A stretch of DNA of 64,000 nt from Eledone cirrhosa. Taxonomy: Eukaryota. Position 1 is the first letter of the stretch. Every line of letters begins with the position of its first letter. The position numbers and the translations under genes were made by a program. The notes beneath the pieces were generated by a model, which was given only the letters and a program-made list of their open reading frames with translations, had not been told where the DNA came from and did not search any database. Shown one piece after another: positions 52,314-64,000 of the stretch. The DNA lies in NCBI GenBank assembly GCA_964016885.1, contig OZ024743.1:311612001-311676000 (forward strand). Reading direction: 5' to 3'.

Positions 52314-54338
52314 ATGTATACAGCCTGCCTGAACCTATTCCTCCAATATCACTGTGAAAACAATAATTGTTTCTACTTTAGGCACAAGGCCAGCAATTAC
52401 CCAGTGCATTACTGGTACTTTATTTTATCGACCCCGTAACAATAATATCATCACAGATGAACAAGCAGCTGGAAAGAAAGGGGTTTGGGGATGTGATGAA
52501 CAACTCCTAATCAACAAAGCTGCAATGCCGGAGGTGCGACAACTTAGGAGGAATATGGCTACAGTCTGGCTGGACTACAGGAAAGCTTTCGATTCTGTTC
52601 CCCACTCTTGGATAATAGAGGCCCTCCAACTTGCTTAAGTCCCTGACATTATTGTCAGAGCCATAGAGAGGCTGTCTTCTTCTTGGGCTACTATCCTAAG
52701 GTAGACAGAGAGGGAGGACTCTATTTTCACTGATAAAATAAAATATTGCAGGGGTATATTTCAGGGGGATAGCCTCTCTGTGATATTATTCATCTTGTCA
52801 TTAAACCCCTTGTCCTTTCTGGTCAAGAAATGTGACTGATACATCATTGGCTCACAGGAGGACAGAAATACGAACCTAACCCATGATTTCTTTGTGAACG
52901 ATCTGAAACTCTATGCCAAGAACATGGATGGGATCAAGAAAAATATTGACCTGGTTACAACGTTCTCAAAGGATATAAGAATGGAGTTTGGCCAAGATAA
53001 ATGCTCATACATGACTGTAAAGCGGGGGAAACAACAACCCAATCTAGCAACATTGTCATCAATGGCCTAACTGTTTCACCGATATCTGATGAGGACTGCT
53101 ACAGATACCCGGGGATAGATATCTCTCCGACAATATCTACGAACCTCGAAGCGTAGGAGCCTGTGTCTCGAGCAAGTCTATCTGCATGAAACAGATAAGA
53201 TCATGAGAGTTGGGAAGGAACTCCTCGAGATATTCCCTGTGTGATAATCAAAAACTCACACCCAGGGAGGGAAGTCGCTCAGCAGTATCGCAGTGAACCC
53301 ATGGATGAAAAACTGCATGCTTATCAGCAAAAAATCATGCATGGATATGTTGCCAGGAAGCTCAAGAGAAAGAGTAATATAGATAAGGAAAGTAGTCTAT
53401 CTTGGACCAACAACCGCTATATTGGCTCCCACTTTGAAGGACACGCTTTTGCAATCCAAGAAAAGAAGATTAACACGAAATACCTGATTCACAAAAGAGA
53501 TAGGGATGCAGGCAAAACACCTAGATGTGATAACAAGTGCAGACTCTGCAGAACTAACATCGAGGATATCACCCATGTCGTCAGCAGCTGTCCAAAGATG
53601 TCATCGCGGTACTATCTACCTCTGAGGCATGCTGTAGTGGCCAAAACACTGTACAACGCAGTTCGTAAAAAAGATAGCCCCGATAATAAACACATTAAAA
53701 GCTACCGCAATGTGGAAGACATCCATGTACATAATATGAAAGAGTACTGGTGGAATATTCCAGTAAAAACCCCAATAAAATGCAGGCATAACAGACCAGA
53801 TATTATATGGGACAGGGAGAAGAAAGCATGCGCAGTAGTGGAAATTAGCTGCCCAGCAGATGCCAATATAATATCAAAGATTAGTGAAAAGGAGAATATT
53901 TATGCAGAACTGATGAGAAATCTGCAGATACTCCACCCTGATTACACCTTCAGATGTATGCCTGTGATTATTGGTGCAATGTGATATGTTAGTAACTGCC
54001 TCAATACAAATCTTGAGAAGCTTGGCTTCACAGGAACTGAAAGAATACAACTAGTTAGGAAATTACAAGTACAATCCATTAATAGAACAGTAAACATATG
54101 AAAAACATTCCAAAAATGTTGCATCTAATAACTGCATATACACATGTACAGATGAAAAACATATACACATGCACAGATACAACTCAAAACATACACATCC
54201 ACACATACAATAACATCCATATCTACACAAGCATGCATACATATCTACCAAATTGATGTGTAAATTCCAATGTGAGAGTCTATGTTAGAAACCGACTCTT
54301 TCTCTATTGGTAAAACTGAAATTATAAAACCTGAAGAA
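52314..54338 (+). mobile_element. Second R4/Dong-type LINE copy, 5'-truncated, internally deleted, SINE-interrupted
   Basis: Collinear with 730-3012; SINE fragment 52368-52437 with TSD aacaataat; deletion of about 325 bp near 53120; (CATA)n on both flanks. Confidence 0.92.
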
Positions 54339-54379
54339 CATACATACATACATATACACACACACATATGTGTGTATAC

Positions 54380-54433
<54 letters not shown>

Positions 54434-55302
54434 ATACTTTGGGAGGGTCATGCTGCCAATAAATTCAAAAACGAAATATATATATATTAGCTGTAGTACC
54501 CGGCAATACCCGGAAGAGGTGGGGTTATTCGCAGTTCCAAGAGTGCGCCTGAAAATGCTAGCGACCCTGGGTGCCCATACTGGATTTTCAATAGCAACCT
54601 TTGCTAGGTGTGTTTATGGCAGATCAATTTTTTGTGTGGAACTATCAATAGTTGTTTAAGTCATAAATCCTTCTTCCATCCAGCTTTCTTCGTTCAGAGT
54701 GAATAAACCGGAGAAGTTTGAGCTCGAAAAATATCGAACTTATTTAACAAAGTTATGTATAAGAATATCAAACTTACTGCCTTAGCGCTCAAGAACAAAC
54801 ATAGAACAATTGAAGAAGTCATCTTAATTGAAGAAATTATAACTGAGTGAACATATTCAGGTACTGTTCAAGCACCCTGTATATCACCGTTTGTAAAGCC
54901 TTTCGAATGACTGAAGCAATTCAATAAAACCATCCCGGCTTGTCCCTATAGTAGACATAACACGAGAAAACTCACCATAATAAGTCGGATAAACAATCAG
55001 AAGTGTTGGCTCCAAAGATGGCCTTCTAAAGTTCACTGTTGCAAAGTGTCAATAATGGGAGAGAATTTACACCTTCTTAATTCGCCTCAATCTTCCCACG
55101 ATCCGGCACCTCGAAATATCGCTCTATTCTCAAAGACGGCATGTTACAATTAACACCGGGAGTACGAATATTCGTCAATATACGATTTGGGTTTTATTCT
55201 TCGGACTAATCTCATGGTAAACCAACTTTTTTGTAACTTATCACCGATTCCTGCAGTTGACCGGAATGTGACCTAAGCGTGTGCATGTGTTCAGTCGATG
55301 TG

Positions 55303-56639
55303 ATATATATAAAACTGTAGTTGTCTCTGTGTGTGTCCTCGTTTTTGCAAAGTCTATACAAATCCACATTTCTACTCCGATTGACTTCAAACTTGCATTT
55401 ATATATTCCTTGCGGTCTAAAGATATTAACTGCAGCTTTTATTTTTCAATTTTCTTTTATTAAAGGGGTGTTAGGCGCCGGTTACCTATCTCCATCGAGC
55501 ACTTATAATATCTGTCTGCATGTCTGGCTGTCTGCATTATTACAAAAACGATAGGGCGGTGGATTGGCAGTATTGGTAGAGGGTCGGACGCCATGCTTTG
55601 ACGTATAGAGTTACGGCCCTTGCCAATCTGAGTTCAAATCCCGCCGAGGTTAACTTTGCCTTTCATCCTTACGGGGTCGATAAAATAAAGTACCAGTAAT
55701 GCACTGGGTAATTGCTGGCCTTGTGCCTAACGTAGAAACAATTATTACAAAAACGTCATTGCTGACGTATTACGTTCGCTTTTTTCCGTTCATTGCCAGG
55801 GAACGTCTTCATGAACCAAAGTATCATATACCTGTTTTCCTTCCGTTTCAACGTTTTTCGAAATATTTACTTCTGCGTTCACAGATTGATTTTCTTAGTT
55901 TCAGAAGATCCCATTAAGGGTGAAAGCAATGATTCTTTGCTTAAACTTTAATCTGTTATTTCAATATATAATATAAGCGAGGCAAGCCAGCCCAGCTGCC
56001 ATTTCTTGCCAATAAATATTAACCCTTTATGAGCCATTCATCTAACTGTAGACCAACAAATACCAACTAAACGGAGCGTTGACAAGAACGATGGCGAATG
56101 AATCTTCGTGGTAAGCAGTTTCCACCCGAGCTGTTAGTTCACGCGGGATTCTCTGTTACACCTTTTTGTAATAATACCGAACAACCGTAAAAAGCGGACA
56201 TGTGCATCGGGTAGATGGATCGGGTACAAATCTACACCAGGCCTACGCGAGAAATTCGCAAGGGACTGCACCGAGAGAGATAGAGAGAAAGATTAAGTTA
56301 GTGACAAGAGTGCAAATGAACTTTTGAGGTAAGTAGCCCACGTCTTACTGCTATTGTACTGGAACCTTCTGCCAACTTAACCTGTGACTTTCCCTTTCAC
56401 ATTTACTCCAATAGGCCAAAACAGAGGAGTATGAAAAGAAGGGGCTCAACAATATTTCTATGAACAATGCACGTAGACAGCTAAACTGTACTTTCAACTT
56501 CTTAATTTTCTCCAAATAAAACAAGTTTCCTGTCGGTATATTTTCGTGAGCTTTTAACAGGCATACACAAATAAACGTTTCTTATTGGAGGTGCTATTAC
56601 CAATGTTCTTACCCGTGCAACGCCGGGATACACTGCTGG
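55303..56639 (+). mobile_element. Non-autonomous Helitron related to 20982-22712
   Basis: atatatataaaactgtagttgtct 5' end; cccgtgcaacgccggg..ctgctgg 3' end. Confidence 0.62.
55552..55748 (+). mobile_element. Full-length main-family SINE (short-tail form)
   Basis: A box tggcagtattggt, B box gagttcaaatcc, conserved core, AT-rich tail. Confidence 0.9.
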
Positions 56640-57993
56640 TATATATATCTGTTCAGTTGTCAACCAAAATTAGATTATCGTCTGCTTTGTTTGAAATTTC
56701 TTTATGTATATTTCTAATAAGTTGTTGCCTCATTTTGGAGGACTGAGTTGTGGGAGGAGGAAGGAAAGTAGGGGTGGGGAGGGTTTAACAAAAAGTAGTA
56801 GTATCTCCTCTTCTCCCTCTCTCACTGAAACGTCTTCTCTTTCCTCCTCTATTGTAAAGATGTTACCAGAGGTTCCACTATTGATTGTTATTGAAATCCA
56901 ATTAGCCAGTCCGGTTTCTTGATATTAGCTTAATATGTGTGTAAAGTTTCATCAGGATATGATCACTGGTGTAGGCACCAACTGGTTATACACAGATACA
57001 CAGACAGACAGAAATTACCATTTATATATATATATACATTGTTATACTTGGGGAGGGTCATATTTGTGTAATATTGCTAGAATTAATAACAGAACACACT
57101 CACTGTTTGGTTGGTTTTCGCTTTTTGCTTCTGTGTCTTTTATATCGGTAATTTATTCGGTCCTCAATGTTGCCATTGACTGACCAACGGTCAAAAATAC
57201 AAATACAAATACAATATAGACACAAACACATATATATAGTTTATCAAAGTTCTTTCGTTGCACATCTGCAACATCGTCAGTGGTGCTATTGTTTCCTCCC
57301 GTTGCATTGTATTTTCTACGCCATCTTTATTTAGTCTGTTTATATATTTATTTATTTGTTTATTTTATTTTGTCTTAATATATACATATATATTAATAAT
57401 AAGTACGAACGCCAAAATCCGAAGGTTCGTTAAGGATTGTATGTATATATAATTGTTTCTACTTTTGGAACAAGGCCAGCAATTATCCTAGTGCATTACT
57501 GGTGCTTATTTTATCGACCCCGTAAGGATGAAAGGCAAAGTTAACCTCGGCGGGATTTGAACTCAGATCATAAAGAGCCGTAACTCTTTGCCGCAAAGCA
57601 TGGCGTCAGACCCTCTACCGATACTGCCAAACCAATAATAAAAAGTATATATGTAAACCCGTAGATCAAATATTTATTATAAGTACAGATTAAAGTTAAA
57701 GCTAAAAATTTCTGCTTTCACCCTATTACGGGATCTTCTGGAAGTTTCAGAAGATCCCGTAATAGGGTGAAAGCAGAAATTCTTTGCTTAAACTTTAATC
57801 TCTACTTATAATATATGTATAGAGAGAGATATATATAGATATATCCCATGTACACCTTTTTTTTCCGAACTTTTGTACTCCTGATGAAGGACTAGCGTCC
57901 GATCCGTCTAAGTTTTTTTCTCTCTTTAATCCAAAGCATGAAACTAATAAGACTAATTATTTTTGTATATCTGTGTGTTTGTCATTTTTAAAT

Positions 57994-58109
<116 letters not shown>

Positions 58110-58445
58110 TACGATGGGCTTCAACCGACAAATTCCACTAAAAAATCATTGGTGAACAGAAGGCTATAGTAGAAGACACTTGGGCACGATGCCGTGCAGC
58201 GGGAATGAACACTGATCCTCGTGGTTGAAAAGTAAACTCATTAAGCACACGTCAATGTCTGCGTCAAGACATGTAGTCATTGAACTTGAATTGATATCAG
58301 ATCCATGCAAATTATCTATCTAAATTTGACGTTAATGAATTATTGATGCACAAATGCTACATTACTTCTAAATGGTCGAATTAATAATGCATTAAACGCT
58401 GAACAATGTTTGTCTTACTTAACACGAATACTGTACAAACAATTT

Positions 58446-58513
<68 letters not shown>

Positions 58514-58597
58514 AAAGTTCTATTTAAAGTTGTTGGGATACAACAAGTAAATATTTTTATAACTGATATAAAGCACTCGACAAGTTTTTGGAGTAGA

Positions 58598-59080
<483 letters not shown>

Positions 59081-59099
59081 TATATATATATATATATAC

Positions 59100-61320
59100 G
59101 GGATAACAGATGTAGTCCATTTAGAGTACTCCGTGTAGTGGATGATAGTATTAACATGTGGCTTAGTTTGACTCAACAAGACGTTTCCATAGTGATGCTG
59201 CGAGTTCGCGGTGATTTCTATGTAGTTTATACTTGGAGTAAAAATAATTCAAGAAAGTAGAGTGACATGGTTCTCTATACAATAAGGGCTTTATTCACAT
59301 TGCTGACAATTGTTTCTTTGATCTGGCAGGTCTAGAGTTCGCTACTCGCCTGATTTTGCGTCAATCGACTCCAATACTTTGTTTATAACCAGTCGTTTTC
59401 ATCGGAGCACGCGAAATGAAGAAGATACACAAGGCATGGCTTTTATATAGGAGTGGTATTAAACCAGAACAATAATATCAATAATAAAATGAAATAACTA
59501 GATAGTAAATAGTTAAAATAATAACATCAATATAAATAAGAAATAGAGTATAATGATGAATCTACCATGTTAAAAGAACTGATATGATACAGATGTATGA
59601 AATTGACATGTGAAAACTGCTATAGGGTACATTAGATATAGTGTTACGGTGGCGAAGAGATAACAGTAACAACTAAAATGTACTTGGAGTTATGATTTAT
59701 GAGGTATATGCTTTGCTGTAGGTATGCTGGCAATAAACCGGAGATTTACTTATTGTTTGACAGATAAACCCTTTTCGTTGTATTAATTTAGTGATGATGA
59801 TAGTTTTTATGTGGTGTTAAATAGAGTTGTAGATTCGTTATTTAAGTGGCCTATACTAAAAGTAGGGATTGTTAGTTCGAATCATGGGGGTATAGTTTCC
59901 ACAACATCAATAACAAATCGTGTATAAATAAGACAATAATAACAACAATAATAGAGAGGTAATAAAATAGTAAAATATGCATGGTAGATATAGAGAACAT
60001 GATGAATAATATTAGGGATACATTGAGATGTTCATAATAATAATAAGAGGAAAGTAAGATTTCAAGAAGTGTAGAAGTAATAAGATAATGTACTTAGAAT
60101 TAGGTTCATCTGTTAGAGATCATGAGTGCTAATGTGGGATATAATTGTTTGGTCCGAAGGAGTGAACAACAGCAAAGATGGGGTTGATTTATGGGCTGAT
60201 AAGATAGTTGTAGACTATCCACATCCCAGTGGTATAGAATTAGGGAGGCTAGAAGGTGTTTATAGAAGATTATGATTCTGTAGTGGACTGTATGAGAGTG
60301 CGGATTTCATGTTAAAAGCTAAGTGGTATTGGTTCGAATCACGGTGGTTTAAATCTCGCGAATTTTGTAGCAATCCTATGTCTGCAGAAAATTGACTTTT
60401 TTATTTTTCTGTTGAGTAGCATTTTATCGTTCCTTAAAATATGCAGCAATTCAAGGTTGCAGAGCCCGCAATGGGACATACTGCTGCTATAGGCCTTTGC
60501 GGCCGCCAATTTCGACCAGCTAGTATTGTAATCAAGGTTTTTGTCCTTAAATTGTTAGATTTTATTGGCGAAGGTTGTAGAATTTACCAGTGCACGGTTC
60601 TTCATTGAATGTCTGTGCACATACCATCTTTTTTTAAAAACACCCGCGGTGGATCCAATGTAGTGCCAAGTGGAGTTGCCCGAGTTTACAGTACATGTAC
60701 ACTAGGCTCGAATCGAGGCACATATTCGTTAATGGGCACTTATCCGGTAGGTGACAATTGCAGTTCGAGGTATTACTCCGTGCAGCTTTCACATTGTGGT
60801 TTTGCAAACTGTTATATGTGGGTTGTGATTCATGCCTATTGAAGTTTTGCTGCGGTGCGTTCATGTGCGTTTGTGGTTGGGATACGGTAATGTGTTTGTG
60901 TTTAGTGTTTGGTGCTATGTTGCCTATAGGTGGGATACCTTTCCTAGAGGTATTGTTGTGATTGATCTTGCGTATGTGCGATTCAATATTGGCAGCAGTA
61001 GAGTATAAAAGTTTTATAGTTTTCTATTGAAGATTTTATGATATCTATGCAATATAGGGAAGTGCTTATCTATTAGTTTAAAAAACGTAGAAGGCAGTCT
61101 AGTTCTTATAGAGGAGTTGAAGATTGGATTAAACCATAGGTATTTTCTTTTTCTAGTTTCGCGTTACTCTGATGAAAACGATTGGTTATAAACAAAGTAT
61201 TGGAGTCGATTGACACAAAATCAGGCGGGTAGCGAACTCTAGACCTACCAGATCAAAGAAACAATTGTCATCAATGTGAATAATGTCCTTATTGTATAGC
61301 GAACCATGTCACTCTTCTTT
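59100..61320 (-). mobile_element. Third Penelope-like (Naiad-type) fragment with inverted pLTR
   Basis: 60345-61160 (-): WFNP, KHFP..HKIFNRKTIKLLYS, CNCHLPDKCPL, YIGST, CGLC, CRHR; 59255-59416 inverted at 61157-61320. Confidence 0.85.
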
Positions 61321-61574
61321 CAAATGTCAGGCTCTCTAGTTCAAATCCTGCCGAGGTCAACTTTGCCTTTCATCCTTTCGAGGACGATTAAAAAAAAAGT
61401 ATCTCTCTAGTACTGGGATCGATTCGTCGTCTACATATATTTCTCACTTTCTAGTCTTCACTGGAAGAAATCTGCTGTGATCCGGAGGGATCGATGCAGC
61501 CAGAGTTTTAAAAAGCCGTACAAACGCCGTATGCCATGTGGCGCCACTATGACTCCTTCAGGAGTTATGGAGCC

Positions 61575-61819
<245 letters not shown>

Positions 61820-62013
61820 CATATATACTAGCCGAATTACCCACGCCTTGCTGCGTTTCAGACATTTTTTTTGTAAGAAAATGATGATTGATTTTAAATC
61901 AGTGATACAATTTGTGACAGTTTGGCAGGTGAACGAAGAAAGTGTGGTAAGGAACCAGGTGGACCATAACGCACCAGAGTACTCGAAACTTTGGGTAGTA
62001 GAGTGGCTAACAG

Positions 62014-62124
62014 GAAAACGTTCAGGACACCGACGGCAGAGCTCAAGCCGTTTCTATGGCTATTTCTGTAATCCAGAAATAGCCGTCGAAACGGCTTGAG
62101 CTCTGCCGTCGGAGTCCTGAACAT

Positions 62125-62178
<54 letters not shown>

Positions 62179-62868
62179 AGATAAGCAGAACAAGTAAAAT
62201 TCAACTAATTTTTCAAAATAAATCAAAATTAATATACAATTAAAATTAATCAAAATTAAAAAATATAATATAAATATTTACCTATTCAAATGGCCCTAAC
62301 TGTACAGTTTCACGGTGCAAAACATTAAATATCACCAGGATATTAATGGAAAAGCAACGATCAATTTTAATTGTATATTAATTTTGATTTATTTTGAAAA
62401 ATTAGTTGAATTTTACTTGTTCTGCTTATCTTGATATTATGTTCTGGTATATCAAATTATTACCATAGAACCACCTTAAATCATAGACACACTATATATT
62501 TCCGGGGGTACATTGTACCCTCAGATATATATATAAATATATATATATATGTATATATATATAAAAACAAATAACGAAACGAAATTAAATTTCGTTTCGC
62601 TTCTAACTCACTTTTGTATGACTGACGCTTAAACAATTAAGTTAAAGTGTACATCTACATATGTATACGGAAGTATTAGTATGCATATAAATACACACAT
62701 GTATACATATGTACATGTACTCAGCTTTTCACTAGACACTTTACAGCTGACACTCACTGTAAAGTGTCTAGTGAAAAGCTGAGTACATGTACATATGTAT
62801 ACATGTGTGTATTTATATGCATACTAATACTTCCGTATACATATGTAGATGTACACTTTAACTTAATT
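62014..62868. repeat. Three consecutive fold-back palindromes
   Basis: 62014-62128; 62172-62247 / 62363-62437; 62635-62746 / 62757-62868 (112-bp arms, 10-nt loop). Confidence 0.9.
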
Positions 62869-63007
62869 ATATATTATATATATATATAATTAAGTTAAAG
62901 TGTACACCGATTTAACTCACTCAATATGCAAATTAGGCTGCTCAGCCGTTAATTTTCATAAGGAAAGTATATACTTTCGAACGTTCAACTATCTGGCAGA
63001 TGGGTAA

Positions 63008-63050
63008 ACGGTGCTGATGATAGCTAACAAGCTTGAAACTAGTACATCGT
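63008..63050 (+). ncRNA. Minimal hammerhead ribozyme (family B, third copy)
   Basis: acggtg-CTGATGA-t agct aaca agct t-GAAA-ctag-TA-catcgt. Confidence 0.78.
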
Positions 63051-63287
63051 TCCTGTGTCAGTGTTGAACAAAAAGGTGACGTGGTTGCCTTAACACCGTA
63101 TGGCATAAATTCAGGCTGTTCAGTTTGTTTACAAACGAACAAAGCGACGTTAGCGCCGCTAAACTGATACGTGCATATATGTATGTGTACCTGTATGCAT
63201 ATGTATATATATATGTATATATATATATATATGTGCATGCTACTGTACGTCTGTATACATATATGTATGTACGTATACATGCATACT

Positions 63288-63404
<117 letters not shown>

Positions 63405-63405
63405 T

Positions 63406-63496
<91 letters not shown>

Positions 63497-64000
63497 ATAC
63501 ATATATATATATATATATATATCATTCCTTACACATTAAATATCTTAATTTAGTTTTGCACTGCACAATATACCTTATGTAGTAATATTCTAAGTTACCC
63601 GCGGGCTTGATTTAGTGGTTAAGAAGTTTACGTTGCAATCATGAGGTTGTGGGTTCGACCCCACTGCATGGTATCTTGGGCAAGTATCTTCGGCTCAAGT
63701 ATTGAGTGGAATTGCGTAAACGGATATTGTGTTTGAGCCCGTCAGGTGGTTTGTACCTGTAATTTAATGATTCAACCTTGTCAGACATTGTATCACACAT
63801 TGTGCCACACATTATGTCACGCCACTGATTCATCTTGGGGATTAGGTTAATGAGGCACGTGTCAGTGGAACAGTGAGCCGCTAACAAATTAATTCATCGA
63901 ATAACTGAATGTTCATCGTTGAAACCGACAGAGGATCCATCGCCAACATGTTAAAATACATAAACTAGCAAGGATTAATATATTACATCATAATGAAATG

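Larger units (their letters stand above)
54488..57035 (-). mobile_element. Probable Helitron-like element hosting nested insertions
   Basis: Reverse 3' end tagctgtagtacccggcaatacccgg at 54488; reverse 5'-type end aaagtttcatc..acagacagacaga..tatatata at 56940-57035. Confidence 0.45.

Overview
AT-rich, microsatellite-saturated animal genomic DNA. The repeat landscape is most consistent with an octopod cephalopod (inference). The only host gene I can support is a minus-strand class C GPCR (mGluR/CaSR-type Venus flytrap domain) with two phase-matched coding exons (34040-34865 and 10923-11138) separated by a 22.9 kb intron. Almost everything else is transposon-derived: two decayed R4/Dong-type REL LINEs, a Tx1/L1 fragment, CR1/L2 and RTE fragments, an atypical Ty3/Gypsy-like element, three Penelope-like (Naiad-type GIY-YIG) fragments, non-autonomous Helitrons, hAT and Tc1/mariner MITEs and many tRNA-derived SINEs. 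The most striking unexplained layer is a set of at least six families of small hammerhead-ribozyme-bearing repeats (Penelope pLTR/retrozyme-like), many in fold-back palindromes at (TA)n tracts, two of them with compensatory stem changes between copies. One copy carries a tight cluster of 13 A-to-G substitutions that destroys its ribozyme core, which looks like a genomic fossil of ADAR hyper-editing. All alignments and folds were done by eye.
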